Positions 43,446 to 53,435 of a DNA stretch of 64,000 nucleotides are shown one piece after another. The notes below the pieces were generated by a model that saw only the letters and a list, made by a program, of their open reading frames with translations, searched no databases and was not told the DNA's origin. The position numbers and the translations under genes are program-made. Within the stretch, counting starts at the first letter, position 1. Each line of letters opens with the position of its first letter. Origin of the DNA: a bacterium. GTDB taxonomy: Bacteria; Auribacterota; Tritonobacteria; UBA1439. Location of the stretch: the NCBI GenBank assembly GCA_028716845.1, contig JAQUPF010000001.1, positions 216,167 to 280,166 of the forward strand, written 5' to 3'.

Positions 43446-45239
43446 CTATTTCTTCACCTCCACCACCTGCGCCTGGAACATCTCGATCGCCTCCTGGATG
43501 ACCGGGTTCCGCTTCAGCGTCTGGACCTCGCGGCGGGCGACCGGCTCGCGTGCCGCCCCCCCCGCCGGCGGCCCGGCGGCGGGCGCCTTCGCGGCGAGAT
43601 CGAACCGGACGCCGACGCCCCTGCCCGCGCACTCCGAGACGATCTTCCTGACGAGCGCCTTCCTGCGGGGCTGCTCGAGGAAGTCGCGGTGATGGATCCC
43701 CTCCGCGGGGAAGGCGATGGTGAGCGTGCCGCCCTCGAGGCCGCCGGGGACGCCCTCGATGAGGTAGGGGCGGAGGATCGGGCTCGCCGCCGAGACGCGC
43801 TCCACGATCTCCCCCCATCCCGCGCGGATCCGCCCGAGGATCTCCTCCTCCTCCTCGCGGGTCGGCGGCGGTCGGTCGTCGCCGGCCGGGTCGGCGGCGG
43901 AGAGCCGCTCCCGGGGGGCGTCCGTCGGCCGCCCGCCGCGGTGCCGCGCCTCGAGGAGATCCGCCGGCCGCTCCCCGCCCCCCCACGGTTTCCCGCGCGG
44001 CGGCTCGGCGCGTCGGCCTCCCGGCCCCCGCGGGGGCGCCGGCGGCGGCTCCTCCCCTCCCCGCGCCTCCCCCTCGCCCCCGCCGAGCCGCGCCTCGAGG
44101 GCGCGGATCTTCTCGAGGATCTCCGCCACCGAGGCGGCGTCCCGCATGGCGACGGCCTTCAGGAACGCCGTCTCGATCGCCACCCTCGGGGAGAGCGACC
44201 GCCGCATCTGCCCCTCCGCCTGCATGAGCGTCTCGATGACGGCGCGTACCTGCTCGAGCGTCAGGGCCTTCGCCGCCGCGGCGGCGTCCTCCCACGCCTG
44301 CGCGGAGACGCCGGCGCTGTTCTCCCCTTCGCCGAGGACGAGGGCGAGCATGACGGAGCGGAGGGAGCCGATCCAGTCCGAGAGGAAGAGCGAGAGATCC
44401 TTCCCCTCCCCCGCGACGGCCGCGATCGTCTCGAGCCCCTTCCGGCAGTCGCCGGCGATGAGGGCGCCGGTCATGTCCCGGAGCGCCGATTCCCGCACGA
44501 GGCCGAGCATGCTGACGACCTCCTCCTCGCCGATGTCTCCCTCGCAGAACGAGGAGAGCTGGTCGAGGATGCTCTCGGCGTCGCGCATGCTCCCCTGGGC
44601 GTACCGCGCGATGGCGTACAGGGCGTCGTCCTCGACGGCGATCTTCTCCGCCTTGGCGATCCGCCCCAGCCGCCCGACGATCTCCCGCGGCGAGATGGCG
44701 CGGAGGTCGAAGCGCTGGCAGCGGGAGAGGATCGTCGCGGGGACCCGGTGCGGCTCGGTCGTGGCGAACAGGAACTTGACGTGCGGGGGGGGCTCCTCGA
44801 GCGTCTTGAGGAGGGCGTTGAAGGCGTCCGCCGTGATCTGGTGCACCTCGTCGATGATGTACACCTTGTACCTCCCGGCGGAGGCGGCGAACTTGACGTT
44901 CTCCCTGAGCGTGCGGATCTCCTCGATGCCGCGGTTGGAGGCGCCGTCGATCTCGATCACGTCCATGCTGCCGCCGCACAGGATCCCCTCGCAGGAGGGG
45001 CAGCGGTCGCACGGCCGCGGCGAGGGGCCCTTCTCGCAGTTGAGCGCCTTGGCGAATATGCGCGCGGTGCTCGTCTTCCCGATGCCGCGGGGGCCGGTGA
45101 AGAGGTAGGCGTGGGCGACGCGCCCCCGCTCGATGGCGTTGGCGATCGTCGTGGTGACGTGCTCCTGCCCCACGACGTCGGCGAACTGCTGGGGGCGCCA
45201 TTTCCGGGCGAGAACCTGGTACTCCACGGCCTTCCTCAC
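43446..45239 (-). CDS. dnaX: DNA polymerase III subunits gamma/tau
   Basis: Part of track ORF 43446..45467; probable GTG start at 45239 (VRKAVEYQVLARKWRPQQF); Walker A GPRGIGKTSTARI; zinc module CDRCPSCEGI. Confidence 0.85.
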   Translation of the reverse strand: MRKAVEYQVLARKWRPQQFADVVGQEHVTTTIANAIERGRVAHAYLFTGPRGIGKTSTARIFAKALNCEKGPSPRPCDRCPSCEGILCGGSMDVIEIDGASNRGIEEIRTLRENVKFAASAGRYKVYIIDEVHQITADAFNALLKTLEEPPPHVKFLFATTEPHRVPATILSRCQRFDLRAISPREIVGRLGRIAKAEKIAVEDDALYAIARYAQGSMRDAESILDQLSSFCEGDIGEEEVVSMLGLVRESALRDMTGALIAGDCRKGLETIAAVAGEGKDLSLFLSDWIGSLRSVMLALVLGEGENSAGVSAQAWEDAAAAAKALTLEQVRAVIETLMQAEGQMRRSLSPRVAIETAFLKAVAMRDAASVAEILEKIRALEARLGGGEGEARGGEEPPPAPPRGPGGRRAEPPRGKPWGGGERPADLLEARHRGGRPTDAPRERLSAADPAGDDRPPPTREEEEEILGRIRAGWGEIVERVSAASPILRPYLIEGVPGGLEGGTLTIAFPAEGIHHRDFLEQPRRKALVRKIVSECAGRGVGVRFDLAAKAPAAGPPAGGAAREPVARREVQTLKRNPVIQEAIEMFQAQVVEVKK

Positions 45240-45787
45240 GGCGTTCCCGGCGACCCGCCCGACCCGGCGGCGCCGATCCTGAAACTCTCGACCGCCCGCT
45301 CGAAATCGCCCAGGTGCCGCATGAAGGACGCGGGCGTCGCGGTGTAGGTGAGCGTGTAGAAGATCCCGTCCCTGATGAACATCACCTGCCTGTTCTGCAG
45401 CTCCAGGCCCGCCTGCGCGTACCGCGCGGAGAGGCAGAAGGCCCGCGCCCCGGCGACCTCCCGCCACTCATCGGCGGTGATCCGGTAGCCCGGATAGGAA
45501 CTGCGGAACGTCTCCTGCATCTCGCGCACCGCCTCCTCCGAGAGCTCCGCCTCGCCCGGCGCCGGGACCCGCGTCACGGTGAAGTTCACGCCCTGGTCGG
45601 CGTCGCAGAAGAAGGCCGCCTCCACGGCCGGGGCGCCGGTCTCGCGGACGGTCCAGCCGTCCGGGCAGTCGAGGCGGTAGGAGCCGTCGGGTCCCGTGAA
45701 CCCGCCGCCTGCCGCCGGGACGGCCGCGGAGGAGAGGAGGCAGGCGCCGAGGGCGGCGCGGACGACTTCCCGAACGGTCATGGGCAT
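45236..45787 (-). CDS. Hypothetical exported protein
   Basis: Part of track ORF 45236..45862; ATG 45787 gives a signal peptide (MPMTVREVVRAALGACLLSSAAVPAAG). Confidence 0.5.
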   Translation of the reverse strand: MPMTVREVVRAALGACLLSSAAVPAAGGGFTGPDGSYRLDCPDGWTVRETGAPAVEAAFFCDADQGVNFTVTRVPAPGEAELSEEAVREMQETFRSSYPGYRITADEWREVAGARAFCLSARYAQAGLELQNRQVMFIRDGIFYTLTYTATPASFMRHLGDFERAVESFRIGAAGSGGSPGTP

Positions 45788-45890
45788 GGCGGCGAGGATC
45801 CCGGGGCGGGGGGGACGCCCCCGACCGCGGGTACTGTAGCACGACCCGGCGCGGGGCGGCAACGGTTTGTTCCCCCGGCGGACGATGTCC

Positions 45891-46487
45891 CTACTCGAAC
45901 ATGCCCTTGATCCGCTCCATCCTGCCGGGCGTGGGCGTGTGGGCCTCGCCGATGAACTTCGCGACGCTCTCCGCCGCCTTCTCCATGAGCGTCGCCTCGT
46001 CCCCCCTGAACATCGTCACGAGGCGCCCCCGGGCGATGGCGCGGCCGATCTCCTCGCCGGTCCCCTTGTCCCGGACGGAGACGTTCACCGAGAAGAGGGA
46101 ATCCTTGCTGATGAGCCGCTTCGCGCCCTCGACGGGCTTCTTGTAATCCGTCACCGCGCCGCCGACGAGGAGCGTCGGCTCCGCCGCCTTCCCCGCCGTC
46201 GCCGGCCCGACGCTCGGGAACAGCCCCCCCTCCCTGATCTTCGCGATGGCCATGCCCCGCAGGCCGTCCACGAGCGCCTCGGGGACGAGGCCGCCGATGC
46301 CGCTCGTGAACTGCTCGACCTCGACGCGCCGGTAGGCCTTGAGGTCGGCCGAGATCGGCCGTATGACCTCCACGTCGGTCTTCTGCCCCGTCGCCTCCTC
46401 GAGGCCCATCTTGATGGCGCTCGTGCAGGAGATCAGCGAGACGGCGAGCGCGGTCGCGCCGATTGCAAGCCGGATCCCTCTCATGCG
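45891..46487 (-). CDS. Hypothetical lipoprotein
   Basis: Part of track ORF 45891..46595; ATG 46487; lipobox LISC. Confidence 0.5.
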   Translation of the reverse strand, partial: RMRGIRLAIGATALAVSLISCTSAIKMGLEEATGQKTDVEVIRPISADLKAYRRVEVEQFTSGIGGLVPEALVDGLRGMAIAKIREGGLFPSVGPATAGKAAEPTLLVGGAVTDYKKPVEGAKRLISKDSLFSVNVSVRDKGTGEEIGRAIARGRLVTMFRGDEATLMEKAAESVAKFIGEAHTPTPGRMERIKGMFE

Positions 46488-46519
46488 GTTCCCCTCCCTT
46501 TTGTGTGACGCGGTCGGAT

Positions 46520-47017
46520 CTACCGTTCGTCGACGGTGATCCTGTCGATGAAATCGAGGCTCCCGAGCGACCGCTGGCACGCCTCCACCATCCACGGATC
46601 GTCGGTGCCGGCGAGAGACCGGAGGAGCGGTTTGATCGCGGCCGGGTCGCCGATCCTGCCGAGGGCCCGGGCGGCGCTCCGCCGCGTGCCGCCGTTCGGA
46701 TCGTTGAGCGCCCTGACGAGGGGCTCGACGGCGCGCCGGTCGCCGATCGCGCCGAGCGCCTCCGCCGCCCGCTCCCGCACGCCGCCGCTCGAATCGCCGC
46801 GGAGGGCGTCGATGAGCGGCGGGACCGCCGCCTCTCCCATGCCGCCCAGCATCTTCGCCGCGTTCTTGCGGTCGGCATCCCTGCCGGTCCTGAGGAACGA
46901 GACGAGCGAATCGAAGGTGACGGCGGCGGCCCCGTCATCCGCCGGCGACGCGACGGGCCGCGCCGCGGAGGCGGCGACGAGGATCGCCGCGAAGACCGCG
47001 CGTCTTCCGATTCCCAT
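46520..47017 (-). CDS. Secreted HEAT-repeat (PBS-lyase-like) protein
   Basis: Track ORF; signal peptide; repeated VRERAAEALGAIGDRRAVEPL / TRRSAARALGRIGDPAAIKPL units; GGAGGGAG RBS and TATAAT box just upstream. Confidence 0.6.
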   Translation of the reverse strand: MGIGRRAVFAAILVAASAARPVASPADDGAAAVTFDSLVSFLRTGRDADRKNAAKMLGGMGEAAVPPLIDALRGDSSGGVRERAAEALGAIGDRRAVEPLVRALNDPNGGTRRSAARALGRIGDPAAIKPLLRSLAGTDDPWMVEACQRSLGSLDFIDRITVDER

Positions 47018-47080
47018 GTGGATCTCCCTCCGGGAGGAATTATAGCACGCCGGCCCGCGCCCGTCACACGATGTCCCCGG

Positions 47081-47400
47081 CCCGCGACCGACCGCCCTTC
47101 CCTGAAGACACGACGCGCCAAGCCACCGCCGCCTATATCAAGCACCAATCAACCACGGATTGGCACGGATCCAAACGACAGTGGAAAGTTGAAGGCATAA
47201 CGCCGAACGTAAAGTCGTTTCCGCCGCGGATGAACGTGAACAGCAGCTCGCTCTTTTCGCCACGGAGATCACAGAGAACAACTCCAGTGCGAAGTTGAAC
47301 GTTCAAAGTCGAAAGCAGCACTATCCTCTGCGTTCTCTGTGTCCTCTGTGGCCGGTTGTATCTGCGTCAATCCGCGGCAAGGCAGTTCATTTCATCGACG
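47081..47400. repeat. Mosaic intergenic repeat element, copy d (begins with 90-bp direct repeat DR1)
   Basis: DR1 47081..47170 is about 91% identical to 47918..48007; module X reverse at about 47291..47380. Confidence 0.7.
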
Positions 47401-47487
47401 GCAATGGTGGATTGGTGCGTGTCGAGTTCGTGCTTTGTGGCGGCGGGCGGAATCGGCTATAGTGTCGTCCGGTCGGGGGAGAGCGCC

Positions 47488-47928
47488 ATGCCGGATCTCG
47501 TCACGCACCTCTGCGCCGCCCAGGTCATCCGGCGCCTCCTCCGGCTCCGCCTCTTCCCCCTCTTCGCCCTCGGCGCCGTCCTCCCGGACCTCCTCTCGCG
47601 GCCGGCGCACATCCTCTTCCCCGGCACCGCCCCGTTCGTCGTCGCGTTCCACTCGCCCGTCGTGCTCCTCCTCTGCTGCCTCCTCGCGAGCCTCCTGTTC
47701 GCGCGGCCGATACGGCGCGCCTGCCTCGGGTACCTCGCGGCCGGCTCGGCGCTCCACCTCGCCCTCGACGTCATGCAGAAGCAGATCTGCCCGGTCTACT
47801 ACTACTGGCTCTTCCCCTTCTCGCGCTGGACGTGGGACGCCGACCTGTTCTGGCCGGAGCAGGCCCTCCTCCTCCTCCCGGTCACCATCGCCGTCACCGC
47901 GCTCGTGACGGTCCTCACCCGCGACTGA
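47488..47928 (+). CDS. Inner-membrane protein, YdjM/DUF457-like putative metal-dependent hydrolase
   Basis: Part of track ORF 47356..47928; ATG 47488 with GGGGGAGAG RBS; MPDLVTHL start and four hydrophobic helices; family assignment tentative. Confidence 0.55.
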   Translation: MPDLVTHLCAAQVIRRLLRLRLFPLFALGAVLPDLLSRPAHILFPGTAPFVVAFHSPVVLLLCCLLASLLFARPIRRACLGYLAAGSALHLALDVMQKQICPVYYYWLFPFSRWTWDADLFWPEQALLLLPVTIAVTALVTVLTRD

Positions 47929-48175
47929 CCGCCCTTCCCTGAAGACGCGACGCACCAATCCACCGCCGCATATATCAAGCACCAATCGACCACGGATCGG
48001 CACGGATTACGACGGATGAGCACGGATCCATACCACAGCCGGGAGCGGCGGTGTTCTTGCCGCGGATTGACGCAGATACAACCGGCCACAGAGGACACAG
48101 AGAACGCAGAGGATAGTGCTGCTTTCGACTTTGAACGTTTAACTGTAGTTGGGATCCGTGATCATCCGCGGCGGC
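47918..48175. repeat. Mosaic intergenic repeat element, copy e (begins with DR2 overlapping the stop codon of the preceding gene)
   Basis: DR2 47918..48007; module X forward at about 48059..48150. Confidence 0.7.
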
Positions 48176-48218
48176 TTTGTCCTTCCGGGTCCGTTCCCTT
48201 CGCGCGCGGCGGGCGGGG

Positions 48219-49493
48219 CTACAGGCCGCGGAGGGACTCGCGGGCGGCGTCTATCGTCCGGTCGATGTCACGGTCGCCGTGGGCCGCCGACAGGAACCAC
48301 GCCTCGAACGGCGACGGGGGGAGGAGGACGCCCCGTTCGAGCATCCCGCGGAAGAAGCGGGCGAAGCGGCCGCGGTCCGCGGCCCGTGCCGACTCGAGGT
48401 CCGTGATCGGCCCTTCGCCGAAGAACAGGGTGAGCATCGAGCCCTCGCGCTGGACCGCGTGCGGCACGCCCGCCTCGCGGCACGCCTCCCCCAGTCCGGC
48501 GGCGAGCCGCCTCCCCTTCTCCTCGAGGACCGGGTAGAGCCGGCGCGTCGAGAGGATCGAGAGCGTCGCGATCCCCGCGGCGGTGGCGAGGGGGTTCCCG
48601 GAGAGCGTCCCCGCCTGGTAGACCGGCCCGGCGGGGGCGAGGAGGTCCATGATCTCCGCCCGGCCGCCGAAGGCGCCGAGCGGCAGGCCGCCGCCGAGGA
48701 TCTTGCCGAGGACGGTGAGGTCCGCCGCCACGCCGAACCGCTCCTGCGCGCCGCCGTAGGCGACCCTGAAACCGGTGATGACCTCGTCGAGGACGAGGAG
48801 CGCGCCGCACTCCCGCGTGCGGTCGCGCAGCGCCTCGAGGAACCCCGGCAGCGGCGGGACGACGCCCATGTTCCCCGCCACCGGCTCGACGATGACGCAG
48901 GCGATCTCGCCGCCGCGCTCGCGAAGGAGCGCCCCGGCGGCGCCGGCGTCGTTGTACGGGAGGGAGACGGTGGCGCGGGCGAAGGACGGCGGCACGCCGG
49001 CGCTCGACGGGACCGAGAAGGTCTCCGCGCCCGAGCCGGCCTCGACGAGCATCCCGTCCGCATGGCCGTGGTAGCAGCCGGAGAACTTGACGACCGTCTC
49101 CCGCCGCGTGAAGGCGCGCGCGAGGCGCACCGCCGCCATCGCCGCCTCGGTGCCGGTGCCCGTCATGCGGAGCCGCTCGACGGAGGGGAAGGCCCCCTGC
49201 ACCAGCTCGGCGAGCGCCACCTCGCCCGGCGACGGCATCCCGAACGTCGTCCCCTTCCGGAGCGCCTCCTCGACGGCCGCGAGAACGACCGGGTGGGCGT
49301 GGCCGAGGATGAGCGGGCCCCACGAGCAGACGTAATCGACGAGCTCGCGGCCGCCGGCGGTCCGGAGCCTGTCTCCCCGCGCGGATACGGCGAAGAACGG
49401 CTCGCCGCCGACGGCGCCGAAGGCGCGCACCGGCGAATTCACGCCGCCGGGGATCGCCGCGAGCGCCCGCCGCCACAGTTCACGCTCGTTCAT
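48219..49493 (-). CDS. hemL: Glutamate-1-semialdehyde 2,1-aminomutase
   Basis: Part of track ORF 48219..49703; ATG 49493 (MNERELWRRALAAIPGGVNSPVRAF); PLP-enzyme motifs of HemL. Confidence 0.85.
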   Translation of the reverse strand: MNERELWRRALAAIPGGVNSPVRAFGAVGGEPFFAVSARGDRLRTAGGRELVDYVCSWGPLILGHAHPVVLAAVEEALRKGTTFGMPSPGEVALAELVQGAFPSVERLRMTGTGTEAAMAAVRLARAFTRRETVVKFSGCYHGHADGMLVEAGSGAETFSVPSSAGVPPSFARATVSLPYNDAGAAGALLRERGGEIACVIVEPVAGNMGVVPPLPGFLEALRDRTRECGALLVLDEVITGFRVAYGGAQERFGVAADLTVLGKILGGGLPLGAFGGRAEIMDLLAPAGPVYQAGTLSGNPLATAAGIATLSILSTRRLYPVLEEKGRRLAAGLGEACREAGVPHAVQREGSMLTLFFGEGPITDLESARAADRGRFARFFRGMLERGVLLPPSPFEAWFLSAAHGDRDIDRTIDAARESLRGL

Positions 49494-49519
49494 GGGGAGG
49501 GGCCATCTTACCCCATCCG

Positions 49520-49810
49520 TCCGCGGCCACAAAGCGCAAACTCGACAACGCACACTCGACACGCACCGATCCGCCACGGACCGGCGCGGATCCAAACGAC
49601 AGCGGAAATTTGAACGCATAAAGCCGAACGTGAGGCCGTTTCCCACGTTGAACTTTTCGCTTTGAACGTTCAACTGTGGTTGGGATCCGTGACAATCCGT
49701 CAATGATCCGCGGAGATCCGCGGCTCGTGGTTCATCGTTCCGCTGCGGCTCGCGCGATGGACGAAGGACGAACGACGAACTTCGTTGACAGAATCCGTGG
49801 CAGGGAGTTC
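49520..49810. repeat. Mosaic intergenic repeat element, copy f
   Basis: Module Y forward (about 49689..49788, about 100 bp with 2 mismatches to copy c) plus AACGTTCAA-type inverted repeats. Confidence 0.7.
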
Positions 49811-49821
49811 ATTGTCATCCC

Positions 49822-51162
49822 TTGGCTGCGGCCGCGGTGGATCGGGAATATGGTACACTTTGCGCCGTGGACAAGGCGAAGGTGGCGATTCTCAGGACGT
49901 CTCCCGCGACGGTGCTCCGGGATTATCACCGGCTGATGAACCTCGCCGGCTACCGCGAGGTCCTGCCGGCGGACGCGGAGACCGCCCTCAAGGTCAACAT
50001 CTCCTGGCACTTCTTCTTCCCCGGCTCCTCCACCCCCCCCTGGCAGCTCGACGGCGTCATCCGCGCGCTGAGGCGTGACGGCTACGACCTCCGCCGCGTC
50101 CACGCCTGCCACAACCGCACCGTGGTCATCGACGCCCGCCTCGGCGAGCGGGAGAACAAGCAGCTCCCGGTGGTCGAGGCGCACGGGATCCGCAACGTTC
50201 ACCTCTACGAGGGCGCCGAGTGGGTCAACGTCCGGGAGGCGGTCGGCCCGCTCGCCGATCGGTTCCTCGCCCTGAACGGCGTCTACCCGCGGGGCTTCAT
50301 GATCCCGCGCCGATTCATCGGGGAGAACATCATCCACCTGCCCACCGTGAAGACCCACGTCTTCACGACGACCACCGGGGCGATGAAGAACGCCTTCGGC
50401 GGCCTCCTCAACGAGAAGCGGCACTGGACGCACCCGGTCATCCACGAGACGCTCGTGGACCTCCTCATGATCCAGAAGGCCATCCACCGGGGCGTCTTCG
50501 CCGTGATGGACGGCACCTTCGCCGGCGACGGCCCCGGCCCCCGCTGCATGACGCCGCACGTGAAGAACGTCATCCTCGCCTCGGCCGACCAGGTCGCCAT
50601 CGACGCCGTCGCCGCCCGCATCATGGGCTTCGACCCGCTCTCCATCCGGTACATCCGGCTCGCCCACGACCTCGGCCTCGGCTGCGGCGATCCGCGCCTG
50701 ATCGAGATCGCCGGCGACGAGGCCGCGGCGGACGAGAACTGGCGGTTCACGGGGCCGCTGGAGCGGCTGACCTTCGCCGGCAGGATGCAGCACCGGATCT
50801 ACTGGGGGGGCCTCCGGCGGCCGGTGGAGTGGACGCTCAAGACCGTCCTCGCCCCCTGGGCCTACGCCGCGAGCGTCCTCTACCACGACGCCTTCTGGTA
50901 CCCGTCACACCAGCGGATCGTCCGCGAGTCGCTCGGGAGCCCCTGGGGGCGACTCTTCAACAACTGGGAGCGGCTCGCCATCCCGCCGGACGACCTCGAT
51001 CGGCCCGGCTGGGAGGACGTCGGGGGAGCGCCGGCGGAGGTGCGGCGGCAGTCGGCGCGGCTCCTCGCGAAATCGGCGCGGATCCTCTGGACCTGCCTCC
51101 GGGAGGCGCCGGAGCTCGGCGCCCGCAGGCGGTGGCGGCGCGCGGCCGGGGGTCCCCGTTAG
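49822..51162 (+). CDS. DUF362-like uncharacterised protein
   Basis: Track ORF 446 aa (TTG at 49822; true start uncertain); family assignment from overall similarity only. Confidence 0.45.
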   Translation: MAAAAVDREYGTLCAVDKAKVAILRTSPATVLRDYHRLMNLAGYREVLPADAETALKVNISWHFFFPGSSTPPWQLDGVIRALRRDGYDLRRVHACHNRTVVIDARLGERENKQLPVVEAHGIRNVHLYEGAEWVNVREAVGPLADRFLALNGVYPRGFMIPRRFIGENIIHLPTVKTHVFTTTTGAMKNAFGGLLNEKRHWTHPVIHETLVDLLMIQKAIHRGVFAVMDGTFAGDGPGPRCMTPHVKNVILASADQVAIDAVAARIMGFDPLSIRYIRLAHDLGLGCGDPRLIEIAGDEAAADENWRFTGPLERLTFAGRMQHRIYWGGLRRPVEWTLKTVLAPWAYAASVLYHDAFWYPSHQRIVRESLGSPWGRLFNNWERLAIPPDDLDRPGWEDVGGAPAEVRRQSARLLAKSARILWTCLREAPELGARRRWRRAAGGPR

Positions 51163-52442
51163 CCGAGGGCGCGGTCGAGATCGGCGATGATGTCGTCGAT
51201 GTGCTCGATGCCGACCGAGAGCCGGACGAGCTCGGGCGTCAGGCCGCTCGCCCGCTGCTGCTCCTCGCTCAATTGCGCGTGCGACGTGCTCGCCGGGTGG
51301 AGGGCGAGGCTCTTGGCGTCGCCGACGTTGGCGAGGTGAGAGAAGAGCCGGAGGCGGTCGATGAACCGCTCGCCCCCCGCGCGACCCTCCCGCGCGCCGA
51401 AGACGACCATCCCCCCGAAGCCGTTCTTCAGGTAGCGGCGCGCCACCGGGTGGGCGGGGTCGTCCTCGAGTCCCGGGTAGCGCACCCAGGCGACCTTCGG
51501 GTGGCGGCGGAGGTGCCGGGCGACGGCCATCGCGTTGTCGCAGTGCCGCTGCATCCGGAGGGGGAGGGTCTCGATCCCCTGGAGGAAGATCCAGGCGTTG
51601 TCGGGGGAGATGCAGGCGCCCAGGTTCCGGAGCGGCACGAGCCGCATCCGCATGATGAACGCGACCGGGTTCAGGTCGCCGAGGTCGCGGGCGTAGCGGA
51701 TGCCGTGGTAGCCCGCGTCGGGCTCGTTGTAGAGTTTGAACTTCGGATCGGTCCAGTCGAAGACCCCCGCGTCCACGACGACGCCGCCGATGCCGGTGCC
51801 GTGACCCCCGAGCCACTTCGTGAGCGAGTGGCAGACGATGTCGGCGCCGTGCTCGACCGGCCGGAGGAGCCAGGGGGTCGTGAAGGTCGAGTCCACGATG
51901 AGCGGCAGGCGGTGCCGCCGCGCGATCTCCGCGACCGCATCGAGGTCGGTGACCTCGAGGACGGGGTTCCCGATCGTCTCCACGTAGAGGGCGCGGGTCC
52001 GCTCGTTGATCGCCGCCTCGAACGCCTCCGGCCGCCGCGGGTCGACGAAGGCGGCCCTGATGCCGAACTGCGGCAGGATGCAATCGAACATCGTGTAGGT
52101 GCCGCCGTAGAGGTTGTTCGCGGAGACGAACTCCTCGCCGGCGGAGCAGATGTTGATGATCGTGTTGAAGATCGCGGCCGTCCCCGAGGCGTGGGCGAGG
52201 GCCGCCTTCCCCCCCTCGAGGGCGGCGACGCGGCGCTCGAGGACGTCCTGCGTCGGGTTCATGAGCCGCGAGTAGATGTTGCCGAACTCCTTCAGGCCGA
52301 ACAGGTCGGCGGCGTGCCGGACGCTCCTGAAGACGTAGGAGCTCGTCCGGTGGACGGGCACGGCGCGCGAGAGCGTCGCCGGGTCCGGCTCCTGCCCCGC
52401 GTGGAGCGCCAGCGTCTCGAACCGGTAGGGTTTCTCGTTCAT
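51159..52442 (-). CDS. metY: O-acetylhomoserine/O-acetylserine sulfhydrylase (PLP-dependent)
   Basis: Track ORF 427 aa; typical Cys/Met-metabolism PLP-enzyme sequence with CHSLTKWLGGHG lysine region. Confidence 0.8.
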   Translation of the reverse strand: MNEKPYRFETLALHAGQEPDPATLSRAVPVHRTSSYVFRSVRHAADLFGLKEFGNIYSRLMNPTQDVLERRVAALEGGKAALAHASGTAAIFNTIINICSAGEEFVSANNLYGGTYTMFDCILPQFGIRAAFVDPRRPEAFEAAINERTRALYVETIGNPVLEVTDLDAVAEIARRHRLPLIVDSTFTTPWLLRPVEHGADIVCHSLTKWLGGHGTGIGGVVVDAGVFDWTDPKFKLYNEPDAGYHGIRYARDLGDLNPVAFIMRMRLVPLRNLGACISPDNAWIFLQGIETLPLRMQRHCDNAMAVARHLRRHPKVAWVRYPGLEDDPAHPVARRYLKNGFGGMVVFGAREGRAGGERFIDRLRLFSHLANVGDAKSLALHPASTSHAQLSEEQQRASGLTPELVRLSVGIEHIDDIIADLDRALG

Positions 52443-52446
52443 GGCG

Positions 52447-53376
52447 TCAGGCCTCTTCGAAGAGCGGCGTGCTCAGGTAGCGCTCGCCCGTGTCGCAGAT
52501 CACGGTCACGATGACCTTCCCCTCGTTCTCGGGGCGGCGGGCGACCGCCGCGGCCGCCCAGACGTTGGCGCCCGCCGATATCCCGGCGAGGATCCCCTCC
52601 TCCCGGGCGAGGCGGCGGGCGGTGCGGAAGGCGTCCTCCCGCGTGACCGTGATGACCTCGTCGATGATCTCCCGCCTGAGGATCTCCGGGACGAACCCCG
52701 CGCCGATCCCCTGGATGGCGTGGGGGCCGGGTGCCCCGCCGGAGAGGACGGGCGAGTCCGCGGGCTCGACGGCGATCACCCGGAAGCCCGGCCGGCGCTC
52801 CTTCATGACCCCGCCGACGCCGCTGATCGTCCCGCCGGTCCCCACCCCGGCCACGAGGATGTCCACCTCGCCGCCGGTGTCCCGCCAGATCTCCTCCGCG
52901 GTGGTCCGCCGGTGGACCTCGACGTTGGCGGGGTTCCGGAACTGCTGCGGCATGAACGCCCCCGGCGTCGCCGCCAGGATCTCCTCGGCGCGCGCGATGG
53001 CGCCCTTCATGCCGAGCGGGCCCGGCGTGAGGACGACCGTCGCGCCGAACGCCTCCACGAGCCGCACCCGCTCCCGGCTCATGGTCTCGGGCATGGTGAC
53101 GACGAGCCGGTAGCCGCGCGCCGCGCAGACGAAGGCGAGGGCGATGCCGGTGTTGCCGCTCGTCGGCTCGACGATCGTGCTCCCCCGCCGGATGAGGCCG
53201 CGCCGCTCGGCGTCGGCGAGCATGCTCACGCCGATCCGGTCCTTGACGCTCGAGCAGGGGTTGCAGGATTCCATCTTGGCGAGGACGGTCGCCCCCGCCC
53301 CGTCCGTGATCCCGCCGAGACGGACGAGCGGCGTGCCGCCGACCGCCTCCGTCACGTCCATCCTGATCCGCTTCAT
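52447..53376 (-). CDS. cysK: Cysteine synthase A
   Basis: Track ORF 309 aa; PLP-lysine motif [16 protein letters not shown] glycine loop. Confidence 0.85.
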   Translation of the reverse strand: MKRIRMDVTEAVGGTPLVRLGGITDGAGATVLAKMESCNPCSSVKDRIGVSMLADAERRGLIRRGSTIVEPTSGNTGIALAFVCAARGYRLVVTMPETMSRERVRLVEAFGATVVLTPGPLGMKGAIARAEEILAATPGAFMPQQFRNPANVEVHRRTTAEEIWRDTGGEVDILVAGVGTGGTISGVGGVMKERRPGFRVIAVEPADSPVLSGGAPGPHAIQGIGAGFVPEILRREIIDEVITVTREDAFRTARRLAREEGILAGISAGANVWAAAAVARRPENEGKVIVTVICDTGERYLSTPLFEEA

Positions 53377-53435
53377 GGCGCCTCCTCCGGATGCCGCCGC
53401 AGACGGCGTCCGTATGATACACTACCGGCTGCACG

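Noticed and set aside
45240-45300. SRP RNA upstream of dnaX
   Set aside because: The region is coding (exported protein gene overlapping the dnaX start); no SRP RNA helix motifs seen.
43069-45347. 710-aa minus and 703-aa plus ORFs overlapping dnaX
   Set aside because: The dnaX frame (43446..45239) carries Walker A and zinc-module motifs; the others are composition artefacts.
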